From contig JAXGVG010000001.1 of assembly GCA_040773965.1 (NCBI GenBank), positions 1 to 36,257 of the forward strand: a DNA stretch of 36,257 nucleotides, given 5' to 3'. The position numbers and the translations under genes were made by a program. Under the pieces are notes generated by a model. That model searched no databases, had not been told where the DNA came from, and saw nothing but the letters and a program-made list of their open reading frames with translations. Positions 25,450 through 34,872 of this stretch are shown in pieces. How positions within the stretch are numbered: position 1 is the first letter of the stretch; every line of letters begins with the position of its first letter. Source of the stretch: Alphaproteobacteria bacterium (lineage in GTDB: Bacteria; Pseudomonadota; Alphaproteobacteria; UBA9219).

Positions 25450-27408
25450 ATGTTCCGGTTGCGCTGTTATTGGCCATTTCTGGCGTTATTTCTGCTTCTT
25501 CCGGCGCTGTCCGTCGAGGCGCGCAAACCGGACGCGGCACCCTCCCGTCCCGGCTACCGGCAGGCCTTTGCGGGCGTTGATTCCGGCAAATATGCGGCGG
25601 CGGCCAGCGTCGTTCGCTACGGCTCCGATCCGGTTTTAAACAAGGTTTTGCGCGCCTATCTGATGGCGCAGCCGGGCAACGACTACAGCTTCGACGATCT
25701 CGCGGGTTTTATCGCTGATCATCCCGACTGGCCGGGACTGAACGGCATCGTCATGATCGCCGAGCAGAAAATTCCCTCGAATGCGTCTCCCGATCAGATC
25801 ATCAACTGGTTCAACGCCTATCCGCCGCTGACGCTTGCGGGGTTTTACAGATATATCGACGCGCTGGACGCCGTTGGCCATGGGCATAAGGCGGCAGGCT
25901 TCATACGCGACCGCTGGATAAACCGCAATTTTTCCGGGGGTGAGCTGGCGGCCTTTCGCGCGCGTTTTGAAACGGTTTTAACGTCGGCGGACCATTGGGC
26001 GCGGCTTGATCGCCTTCTGTGGGCGAACGACATTTCGGCCGCGCGCGCGATGTATGCGTATGCCGATCCCGGGCGGAAGGCCCTTGCCGAAGCGCGGCTG
26101 GCGCTTGCGAACCAGTTGAATAAGGCAGAATCCCTGATCGACAAAGTGCCCTCGCGTCTTCAACACGATCCGGGCCTTATGTACGAACGCCTTCGCTGGC
26201 GCCGTAAAAACAATCTGGACGAAAGCGCGATTGAGCTTTTGACGCAGGCGCCCGGCCAACTCGGCGAGCCCGGTAAATGGTGGGAAGAGCGCCATATCCT
26301 CATACGGCGCGTGATGGAGCGGCGCGATTTCGTCCTCGCCTACCGTCTGTCGGCCGATCACGGCCTGAACAACGGCTTCGATTTTATTCAGGCGGAAGGT
26401 CTTGCGGGATGGCTGGCGCTGCGGTTTTTGAAACGTCCCGACGTGGCGCGACGGCATTTCGAGCTTCTTTTGGCGGCAGCCAATACGCCGATGACGCGCG
26501 CCCGCGCGGCCTATTGGCTGGGCCGCTCGCTGGAGGCGCTTGGCGACAAGCATGCGGCCGAACAGGCTTATGAGACTGCGGCGGCGCTGAACATGTTTTT
26601 TTACGGCCAGATGGCGATGACGCGCCTTTACGCCAAGCCGGTTATCGCGGCAATGCCGGAACCTCCCATTCCGGCGAACGTCCGCGCCCAGTTTTTCGCG
26701 CGCGATTCGATACAGGCCGTCGAACGCCTCTACCGGATCGGCGAAACGGACCGGGCGCGGACGTTTTTCAGAGCGGCGACCGATTATGCCATGCAAAGGG
26801 TTGAGTTCGCTCTTTTGATGGAGCTTGCCTACCAATTGCAGCGCCCGGATTGGGCCATCATGGCCGCGAAAGCGGCGAACCAGAAAAACATGATCGTCGG
26901 CGCAGGCGCTTTTCCGGTGTTGTCGATGTCCATTCCCTCGCCGCCGGATCCCGCCTTCACGCACGCTCTCATACGGCAGGAAAGCCTTTTCAACGCCAGC
27001 GTTTCAAGTCCGGCGGGCGCCAAGGGCTTGATGCAGCTTCTGCCGGGCACCGCTAGGGACGTCGCGAAAAAACTGGGCATGCCTTATACGGAATCCCGGC
27101 TTACCGATCCGGACTATAACGTCAAGCTCGGCACGGCGTTCGTCCAGGACCAGTTGGACCGGTTCGACGGCTCGATCGTTCTCGCGCTGGCCGCGTACAA
27201 CGCCGGTCCGCGCCGCGCAAGGGAATGGATCGATTTGTTCGGCGATCCGCGCAGCCCGCGCGTCGATCCCGTGGACTGGATCGAATTGATGCCGATTTAT
27301 GAAACGCGCAATTACGTCCAGCGCATCGTCGAGAATCTTCAGGTTTACCGCGCGCGCCTCAACGGGGGCCGCGCGCCGTTGACGATCTTGCAGGATTTGA
27401 AGCGGTAA
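25450..27408 (+). CDS. slt: soluble lytic murein transglycosylase (Slt70-like)
   Basis: Signal peptide, a long superhelical N-terminal region, and a C-terminal SLT catalytic domain (IRQESLFNASVSSPAGAKGLMQLLPGTA...AYNAGP). Confidence 0.88.
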   Translation: MFRLRCYWPFLALFLLLPALSVEARKPDAAPSRPGYRQAFAGVDSGKYAAAASVVRYGSDPVLNKVLRAYLMAQPGNDYSFDDLAGFIADHPDWPGLNGIVMIAEQKIPSNASPDQIINWFNAYPPLTLAGFYRYIDALDAVGHGHKAAGFIRDRWINRNFSGGELAAFRARFETVLTSADHWARLDRLLWANDISAARAMYAYADPGRKALAEARLALANQLNKAESLIDKVPSRLQHDPGLMYERLRWRRKNNLDESAIELLTQAPGQLGEPGKWWEERHILIRRVMERRDFVLAYRLSADHGLNNGFDFIQAEGLAGWLALRFLKRPDVARRHFELLLAAANTPMTRARAAYWLGRSLEALGDKHAAEQAYETAAALNMFFYGQMAMTRLYAKPVIAAMPEPPIPANVRAQFFARDSIQAVERLYRIGETDRARTFFRAATDYAMQRVEFALLMELAYQLQRPDWAIMAAKAANQKNMIVGAGAFPVLSMSIPSPPDPAFTHALIRQESLFNASVSSPAGAKGLMQLLPGTARDVAKKLGMPYTESRLTDPDYNVKLGTAFVQDQLDRFDGSIVLALAAYNAGPRRAREWIDLFGDPRSPRVDPVDWIELMPIYETRNYVQRIVENLQVYRARLNGGRAPLTILQDLKR

Positions 27409-27507
27409 TCTTTCCGCATTTCTTTGTTAAAATCCTTGATACTCATTGTCTTAGGCGCTTGTTGGCGGAAGGTCGCGAATTGTGCTAGCTTCTTTTCAAG
27501 GATCGTC

Positions 27508-27834
27508 ATGAATGAATGGGTTTTCTTTTTGGCGGCAGTAACCGCCTTGTCGGCGACAGGTTTTGTCGTCATTGCCGTCTTGTGGATGCGAAAGCTTCGG
27601 CAGACGGTATCGGCGGCGCTTGGCGAAGCGGCTCTTCAGCAAGTGCGCGCGTCTCAACGATTTAGCGAAGCCGTAGGCCAGATTCAAAAACGCCAACGCG
27701 CGCTGGAAGAGCAAATCCTCGCCCTCGCGCAGGCCAGCGCGAAACTGCGCCAGGATGTCGCGGTCGTGGCGTCGCGCGTCGAAACAAGCGAACGCGAATA
27801 TCGTTCCCTTCCCCTGGATCGCACCGTTCATTGA
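27508..27834 (+). CDS. hypothetical single-pass membrane / coiled-coil protein
   Basis: MNEWVFFLAAVTALSATGFVVIAVLWM forms a TM segment, followed by a heptad-like helical region. The ORF opens at TTG 27424, but ATG 27508 is preferred. Confidence 0.5.
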   Translation: MNEWVFFLAAVTALSATGFVVIAVLWMRKLRQTVSAALGEAALQQVRASQRFSEAVGQIQKRQRALEEQILALAQASAKLRQDVAVVASRVETSEREYRSLPLDRTVH

Positions 27835-27888
27835 AGCCGGACGCGCCGGTAACGGAAGGCCATTTGTCTCAATTTTTATTATTTGCAT

Positions 27889-27930
27889 AAGGCAAAAAAA
27901 TACTTGCCTTCAATTTGATGTTTTATTTTT
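27889..27930 (+). terminator. weak candidate intrinsic terminator
   Basis: An AAGGCAA-N8-TTGCCTT hairpin (27889-27910) is followed by a T-rich tract (caatttgatgttttattttt), 55 nt after the preceding stop. The stem is AT-rich, so confidence is low. Confidence 0.3.
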
Positions 27931-28080
27931 GGCCGGATCGCCTTAATTTCCAAGGAAAACAGCCAATCTTAAGCCGATTTTAAGCCTGTGGGGGTATATA
28001 TTAAGGCGTTTCTAACCATAGAATTCCGTAATTCCTTTCAGGATCGGATGCTATCATATTCAAGTGAAGGGATTTCAAAG

Positions 28081-28500
28081 ATGAGCATTGTCGAATCCAC
28101 TCGCGAACTTTCCGAAGATCAGATGATGACGCTGATTCGCAACACGCTCATTGTCGCCGGTAAGGAAATGGGCGAAGAAGGCGATCATTGGCCCGTCATA
28201 AAAAAAACCGTCCTCGATCTTATGAAAGAATGGGATGCGCTGAAGGTCGAGCGCGCCGTTCACGAACAGCTTAAAGAACACCTCGGTTGCACCCTCGATG
28301 AAATGAACAAGGCGCTGGATGAATGTCCCGCCGGGGCCCGGTCCGAAATGGAAGCCGGGATGAAGGAGCTTCGCGAGATATATAATGCCTATTTTGCTCC
28401 TCTCGCTCCTGAGCCGTCAGGCGCGGAAGACGACGAGGCGCCCATCCATATTCAACACGCGGAAGCGATTATCCATACTTTAGAGGAGAGCGAAGAATGA
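28081..28500 (+). CDS. hypothetical acidic protein (orphan)
   Basis: 139 aa from ATG 28081 (the ORF opens at GTG 27988). It is helical and Glu/Asp-rich. No family recognised. Confidence 0.5.
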   Translation: MSIVESTRELSEDQMMTLIRNTLIVAGKEMGEEGDHWPVIKKTVLDLMKEWDALKVERAVHEQLKEHLGCTLDEMNKALDECPAGARSEMEAGMKELREIYNAYFAPLAPEPSGAEDDEAPIHIQHAEAIIHTLEESEE

Positions 28501-28832
28501 CCGCGGCGACAATAACATTGGACGATCTTGCCGAAGATTTCCCGGCTCTTGGCCAGGCGATGGTCAGGAAGATGAAACGGACGGCTACGGAGCTTGTCGG
28601 TTATATGCCCGACGTGCTGCGCAAGCAGATGATGAACGTAACCCAAAAGATGCTTGCGGCGTCTTCGCGCTTTGAGGGGGCTTCGGACTGGAAGATCGTA
28701 AAGCTTCTGCATGGCATGGAGGAAGTCCTGGATTCCGCCGCCACGATGAAGGAAGCCCGGATGGACATGGCACTCGCAAAGACCCCTCAAAGGCATGCGA
28801 CCCAAAACAAAGGCCCACAACACACGCTCTAG
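28497..28832 (+). CDS. hypothetical Met-rich helical protein (orphan)
   Basis: 111-aa ORF. The ATGA start/stop overlap with the upstream gene implies translational coupling. Confidence 0.5.
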   Translation: MTAATITLDDLAEDFPALGQAMVRKMKRTATELVGYMPDVLRKQMMNVTQKMLAASSRFEGASDWKIVKLLHGMEEVLDSAATMKEARMDMALAKTPQRHATQNKGPQHTL

Positions 28833-28913
28833 CGGCAGCCCCCGGCATCTAGCTGTTCTTTATAACGAGCACGTAACTCGCGCCAAACTCCGCGCGGCAG
28901 CTTAATCTTTTCT

Positions 28914-28959
28914 GTCATTCCCTTTCCCGCCTGCGCGGGGACAGGCTCCAGCGGGAATC
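28914..28959. repeat. hairpin repeat unit with GTCATTCC...GGGAATC termini
   Basis: In GTCATTCCC-[tttCCCGCctgcGCGGGgacaggctccagc]-GGGAATC, the termini match the ends of the 109-nt repeat hairpins at 12.9 and 13.4 kb. Confidence 0.55.
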
Positions 28960-28974
28960 TGTAAAAAAACAGGT

Positions 28975-29036
28975 GTCATTCCGGAACATTTTCAATTCGT
29001 CCTGCAAAGCAGGACGAATGAAAATGGATCCGGAAC
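28975..29036. repeat. nested hairpin repeat unit
   Basis: The outer pair is TTCCGGA/TCCGGAA. The inner 18-19 bp hairpin at 28987-29026 pairs CATTTTCAATTCGTCCTGC with GCAGGACGAATGAAAATG around an AAA loop. It begins with GTCATTCCGG, like repeat copy A. Confidence 0.6.
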
Positions 29037-29325
29037 CCAGTTTGGTTTTACTATCCGGGGCTTATAACCAAACAAGCACGCCGAACGCTCCGGAAACCTC
29101 CTCATGGTTAAAGCCTTTTCCATAAAACCCATCTTTTCCTGTCTGCCCGATTAACCTTACAACCTTCCTGTTAACGCAATAATAACCATCTTATTGAAAG
29201 TATTAGATAATTTGGTCCTCACCCTATCTTTCTGTTAATATGCTCTAACGGCCCGAATATTTTTTACAGGCGCATTTTTCATTAACGAATGACGAAACTA
29301 TTTTACCGGCAGATAGGAGAAAGTT

Positions 29326-29784
29326 ATGTTGAACGTAAGTTATTTGAATAACGCAATCCCCATGCTTGAGGCGCTTGCCGCAAAGGCATGGAATTTAAAG
29401 GACAACAACATCGTGGCGCGACCCGTTCCGGCATTAAAGTCAATTGCGACCATTCTTGAGGGAGGTGGTGGCATTGAAGGAAGCAGGCCGGCTGCTTTCG
29501 TCTATGTCATGCCCGGCGGTGAACTTGTTCGCATTCGGCTAATGGGCAATAACACCTTAAATTATGATAATGCGACCGTCATCCCAGAAACACATCCAGT
29601 GTCCATTGCATATAAAAACGATCCGAACATGGAAGAGATGGAGCTAAAACTTTCGGAAGAAGGGTTAGATGATGGGCCTCTAGCCAAAGACGCCGGGATT
29701 GACGTCAACTGGCTCAGGGAGACTCTGGAGGCGCAGGCTGAACGCTGCCGCCAGGAATTAAGGGCTCAAGGCCTTATTCCGTAA
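29326..29784 (+). CDS. hypothetical protein (orphan)
   Basis: 152-aa ORF. An SD (AGGAGA) lies 6 nt upstream of the ATG, and an AT-rich region with promoter-like composition lies upstream. No family recognised. Confidence 0.55.
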   Translation: MLNVSYLNNAIPMLEALAAKAWNLKDNNIVARPVPALKSIATILEGGGGIEGSRPAAFVYVMPGGELVRIRLMGNNTLNYDNATVIPETHPVSIAYKNDPNMEEMELKLSEEGLDDGPLAKDAGIDVNWLRETLEAQAERCRQELRAQGLIP

Positions 29785-29819
29785 TCGTCATATCTTCAAA
29801 CACGCGGAGATATGACGAT
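29784..29819 (+). promoter_or_regulatory. perfect 12-bp inverted repeat spanning an intercistronic junction
   Basis: ATCGTCATATCT (29784-29795) pairs with AGATATGACGAT (29808-29819) across a 12-nt loop. The left arm starts at the last base of the upstream TAA. The right arm contains ATG 29812 and part of ATG 29818. Confidence 0.6.
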
Positions 29820-30051
29820 GAGCATTGTCTGGCTCAGCGCCGACGAAATCATTGAATTGATAAACGCCGTCATACGGCGGGATGGCACGGCTGCCTGTCC
29901 CTATTTTGGCCGCGCGCATATTTAGTCCGGACCCCGTTTTGAAATTCACGAAAAGGGAAAGAATATTCTCTTTTACGACGCCGACCGTGACAGCAACCAT
30001 GAAAACGCGAAGTTTCTGGCAGGCATATTCAACGCGCAACTCATCGAAGAT

Positions 30052-30750
30052 ATGAATATATCGCGCGAGGTGCTGTCAAACGTCGATGGCACCGGCATGG
30101 ACGTTTATAAATATTTCAAGTTTGCGCTTAAGGGTGTTGATAAACGCGTCATTACCGCCGAAGCCGACCGCGTTATGCGGCATGCCTCGCTGTATTTTAT
30201 CGACGGCCTTTATGGGGCCGTCACGACCTCGGCCTGCGGCGCGGGAAGAGACCGCATTCTCTTCGACACCGAATTTCCGCGCATGGGACAGGATGCCGTC
30301 GATCTCGTCACCGGTCTCGCGAAAAACAAGGATATAGAAATCGTCAACGAGGACTCCATTCTCAACATACGCAAGCTGTTCCGCCACAACGCCATTGAAA
30401 TGGCTTATCGGCTGATGTGCGTCAACGAACTTGATCTGTTGCGCCGGACGGCGTGGAACCTTGCCTCGACACAAATCATGAAGATATGCCTTAACTGCGA
30501 GGAGTTTTACAATATCGACCGCGCCCAAATGTGGCGCGTGGCGGCCAGGGAAATCTTCAAGGGCCATGCGGCGCTGGGCGACCTCGCGCAACTCGACCGC
30601 AAACTGAACCGGCAGGACCGAGCCTTCCGCCGTTCGCCCCGTTTTTGCGGAACGCCGTTGGAACGGTTTAACGAAAAGCAGGAAAACCTTTATCGCTTCG
30701 TCATCAACGTGATGGCGCGAAAGTCTCTACCGTCAGCCCACGGAATCTAG
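30052..30750 (+). CDS. hypothetical protein (orphan; possibly the distal part of a longer frame broken by TAG 29923)
   Basis: 232-aa ORF with no SD before ATG 30052. The same frame is open upstream to TAG 29923-29925, and again from ATG 29812 to that TAG. Confidence 0.55.
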   Translation: MNISREVLSNVDGTGMDVYKYFKFALKGVDKRVITAEADRVMRHASLYFIDGLYGAVTTSACGAGRDRILFDTEFPRMGQDAVDLVTGLAKNKDIEIVNEDSILNIRKLFRHNAIEMAYRLMCVNELDLLRRTAWNLASTQIMKICLNCEEFYNIDRAQMWRVAAREIFKGHAALGDLAQLDRKLNRQDRAFRRSPRFCGTPLERFNEKQENLYRFVINVMARKSLPSAHGI

Positions 30751-30961
30751 AGCGTGACGATTGAACACGAAAGACCCCTCCCCTAGCCTAATATCCCGAA
30801 AACCGGAAGGCAGGCTCCCCACTTTCGGCTCATTTCTTCCCGTAAAAGCCATAAAAAATTAACTTTGTTGGCGTATAGCCTTGGGGTTATCCACGGGGTT
30901 GCGCTTGGCTGCGGAATCGCCAATGATGGGGCCAGCCTGAGGTATTTCAACGGAGTATTCC

Positions 30962-31375
30962 ATGCGTTTTCTTATAATCGCTCTTTTCTCTTTCACGGTT
31001 GCCGCGTGTTCGTCGGCTTCCGTGTCTTCGTCGCCGGTCGAGTTCTGGCGTCCCGTCAGCGAACCCAACCTTCTTATGTCGCCGGAAAGGGCCCAGCATA
31101 AGCTCAACTTCGACCTGAGCCAGTGCCGTTGCGGTATTTTTCCGTCAAACATTGTCCAGCCCGATCAAATTGCGTTTCAGCCCGACAAGCAGCGGCTTGT
31201 CGAAACGGGCGTGACGATCACGGAGGCCGACTCCGACGGGTGCATGCAGCGTCCGAGCCTTGTCGTGGCCGAATGCATGCGCGCGCGAGGCTGGGAAGTC
31301 ACGCGCTGTTCGGGACGCATGCCGGTGCCGGGCGGCGGCTCTCTGTGCGCCGGAACGGTGATCGAGACGCCATGA
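30962..31375 (+). CDS. hypothetical lipoprotein
   Basis: Signal peptide with lipobox (LFSFTVAAC). It has four further Cys residues. Its stop overlaps the purB start (ATGA). Confidence 0.7.
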   Translation: MRFLIIALFSFTVAACSSASVSSSPVEFWRPVSEPNLLMSPERAQHKLNFDLSQCRCGIFPSNIVQPDQIAFQPDKQRLVETGVTITEADSDGCMQRPSLVVAECMRARGWEVTRCSGRMPVPGGGSLCAGTVIETP

Positions 31376-32685
31376 TCCCGCGTTATTCCCGCGCCGAAAT
31401 GGCGCGAATTTGGGAGCCGGAAAACAGATTCCGCATATGGTTCGAGATTGAGGCGCATGCCTGCGACGCTCAGGCCCGTCTCGGCGTCATTCCGGCGCAA
31501 GCCGCGAAAAACGTCTGGAAAAAGGGCAAATGGAACCTGTCCCGCATCGACAGGATCGAGCGGGAAACGCGCCACGACGTTCTGGCCTTTCTGACCAATC
31601 TGGCCGAACACGTCGGGACCGACGCGCGTTTCATCCATCAGGGCATGACGTCGAGCGACATACTGGATACGGCGCTGGCCATCCAGATGAAACACGCGGC
31701 GGCGATCCTGTTGAACGACATTGACGCCCTGCTCAAGGTTCTCAGGCAAAAGATCGACAAGCATATCGGCACGCCGGCCATCGGACGCAGCCACGGCATA
31801 CACGCCGAACCGACAAGCTTCGGCCTGAAACTGGCGTCGCATTACGCCGCGTTCCAGCGCGCGCGCAAGCGCCTTCTGGCGGCGCAGGAGGACATTTCGA
31901 CATGCGCCATTTCCGGCCCCGTCGGCACTTTCGCGACCATCGATCCGCGCGTTGAAGCGTATGTGGCCAGGAAACTCGGCCTGAAAATCGAGCCGGTCTC
32001 GACCCAGGTCATTCCCCGCGACCGTCACGCGATGTATTTCGCGACGCTGGGCGTGATCGCGAGTTCCGTCGAAAATCTGGCGCTGGAAATTCGCCACTTG
32101 CAGCGCAGCGAGGTCCGCGAGGCAGAGGAACCGTTCGCCAAGGGCCAAAAAGGCTCAAGCGCCATGCCCCACAAGCGCAACCCCATTCTAGCCGAAAATC
32201 TTACCGGGCTTGCGCGTATCGTCCGCGCGGCGGTGACGCCCGCCCTCGAAAACGTCGCGCTGTGGCATGAGCGGGATATATCCCATTCGGCTGTGGAGCG
32301 CGTGATCGCGCCGGACGCGACGATCGCGCTCGACTTCGCGTTGGCGCGTCTTGCGGGGCTTATCAAGGGCATGACGGTGTATCCCGGACGCATGATGGCC
32401 AATCTGGAGGCGTTGGGCGGGCTGTATTTCTCCCAGCGCGTTCTTTTGGCTCTAATCCAAAAAGGCTTAAGCCGCGAGGCCGCCTATAAAATCGTGCAGT
32501 CGAACGCGATGGCCGTATGGGAGGACATACAGGAAGGCAAGGCGGCGAATTTTCAGGAGCGTCTCTCGAAGGATAAAACGATCCGCAAAAAATTGCCGCC
32601 CGGGGAGCTTGCGGCCTGTTTCGACCTGAAGTTCTACCTTCGCCACGCGCGAACGGTCTGGAAGCGCGTGCGAAAAGGGAAATAG
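31372..32685 (+). CDS. purB: adenylosuccinate lyase
   Basis: The N-terminus MIPRYSRAEMARIWEPENRF and the fumarate-lyase signature GSSAMPHKRNP are typical of PurB. The ORF opens at 31123, but that extension overlaps the lipoprotein gene and looks non-coding. Confidence 0.92.
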   Translation: MIPRYSRAEMARIWEPENRFRIWFEIEAHACDAQARLGVIPAQAAKNVWKKGKWNLSRIDRIERETRHDVLAFLTNLAEHVGTDARFIHQGMTSSDILDTALAIQMKHAAAILLNDIDALLKVLRQKIDKHIGTPAIGRSHGIHAEPTSFGLKLASHYAAFQRARKRLLAAQEDISTCAISGPVGTFATIDPRVEAYVARKLGLKIEPVSTQVIPRDRHAMYFATLGVIASSVENLALEIRHLQRSEVREAEEPFAKGQKGSSAMPHKRNPILAENLTGLARIVRAAVTPALENVALWHERDISHSAVERVIAPDATIALDFALARLAGLIKGMTVYPGRMMANLEALGGLYFSQRVLLALIQKGLSREAAYKIVQSNAMAVWEDIQEGKAANFQERLSKDKTIRKKLPPGELAACFDLKFYLRHARTVWKRVRKGK

Positions 32686-32699
32686 AAGGATTCCGGAAA

Positions 32700-33017
32700 T
32701 CACGCCCTTAGCGCGCGGCCTTCGTCGCGGCGCGCCAGCATGTCCGCTTTCAGCACGAGGTATGCCAGCTCCTCCGCTTCCTGCCAGCGGCGGCGCAGGA
32801 CGTTCAAATAGTCTTCGGGTTTGACGCTGGCGATGTTTCCTCGCAACGGGCTTTCGAGGCGCGCGCGGTACTCCCGATAAATTTTTTCGGCCCTGTGTTC
32901 GAAATAGCTGCCGAGTTCTTCGATCTCAAGTTCCCTCATCTCGGCGAGCGTCAGGGCCTGCCGCACGCGCTCGGCGGTCAAGGCGCCATACCGTTCATGA
33001 AGCTCTTCGTAAATCAC
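32700..33017 (-). CDS. hypothetical helical protein
   Basis: 105-aa ORF with a GTG start 3 nt after the upstream stop (coupled). Charged helical composition. No family recognised. Confidence 0.5.
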   Translation of the reverse strand: MIYEELHERYGALTAERVRQALTLAEMRELEIEELGSYFEHRAEKIYREYRARLESPLRGNIASVKPEDYLNVLRRRWQEAEELAYLVLKADMLARRDEGRALRA

Positions 33018-33020
33018 GGG

Positions 33021-33227
33021 TCAATGCCTCGTCTGGTACAACAGGTTCTCGGACATGGCCTTCAGGACGTTCTCAAGCCGTCTGGCCTGCGGCATGTTGC
33101 GGACCCTCGCTTCCGGAATGCCCTCGAACTGCTCCAGAAGCCGCAAAATGGCCTCGGCGTTTTCCTTGCCGTAATGGTCCTCAAGGTCGCCGTAATCGAG
33201 GGGAAGGTCTTTCAGGTCGTGCAACAT
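33021..33227 (-). CDS. hypothetical small acidic protein
   Basis: 68 aa from ATG 33227, with a GAGGAA SD 6 nt upstream. The ORF opens at 33311 but that extension looks non-coding. Confidence 0.45.
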   Translation of the reverse strand: MLHDLKDLPLDYGDLEDHYGKENAEAILRLLEQFEGIPEARVRNMPQARRLENVLKAMSENLLYQTRH

Positions 33228-33390
33228 GTCTTTTCCTCTTTTGCGAAGGGAGCCGCAAAGCCTCCTAACGGGCTCTCTACAGGACCGCAACGCGGGCTCA
33301 TCAGGCACCATAACGGGCGCGAACGAGCCACGTAAATGCCGATTTATGGCTAATATACTTTCGTGGCGGATTTGGGGCGGCGGCCGTTAA

Positions 33391-33705
33391 CTATATCGAA
33401 CCGGGCGCCAGCGCGATCCGCATGCCGTCCAGGTCCTTGTTAAAAAATATTTGGCAGGCCAGGCGCGAATTTTCATTAACTTCGAACGCCCCGTCCAGCA
33501 TTCCTATCTCTTCCTCCGAAGGTTCCGGGATTTTGCTCTTCCATGCCGGGTCCACATAAATGTGGCACGTCGCGCACGCGCACGACCCACCGCATTGACC
33601 TAAAATGGGAATTCCGCCTTCGCGGATGATTTCCATGAGCGTCCATTCGTCTGTCGCTTCAAGTTTGTGTTCCTTGCCATCCAAATCGGTGCAGATGATA
33701 TGCAT
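33391..33705 (-). CDS. fdx: 2Fe-2S ferredoxin (adrenodoxin/putidaredoxin type)
   Basis: The cluster ligands are in the canonical spacing CGGSCACATCH...C (GQCGGSCACATCHIYVD...SRLACQI). 104 aa. Confidence 0.88.
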   Translation of the reverse strand: MHIICTDLDGKEHKLEATDEWTLMEIIREGGIPILGQCGGSCACATCHIYVDPAWKSKIPEPSEEEIGMLDGAFEVNENSRLACQIFFNKDLDGMRIALAPGSI

Positions 33706-33742
33706 GTTGTTTTTAACCCCCCTTAAGGTGATTCAGGCCGAA

Positions 33743-34840
<1,098 letters not shown>

Positions 34841-34872
34841 TTAACCCACTCTGACAAGACCTTCAAGGGGCC

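Noticed and set aside
29812-29990. Weak resemblance of the N-terminal fragment (IVWLSADEIIELINAVIRRDG ... ILFYDADRD) to Doc/Fic death-on-curing toxins.
   Set aside because: The catalytic His and the GNKR/GNGR part of the Fic motif are absent, and the spacing is too short. The similarity rests on memory of a few residues and is not strong enough to call.
29788-30039. 83-aa minus-strand ORF in the gap between the orphan genes.
   Set aside because: The sequence does not look protein-like and there is no SD. It lies antisense to the plus-strand frame that is open apart from one TAG, so it is more likely a shadow of that frame.
31123-31371. N-terminal extension of the purB ORF (520 aa as listed in the ORF track).
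   Set aside because: The extension is Arg/Ala-rich non-protein-like sequence that overlaps the lipoprotein gene in another frame. The family N-terminus MIPRYSR starts at ATG 31372.
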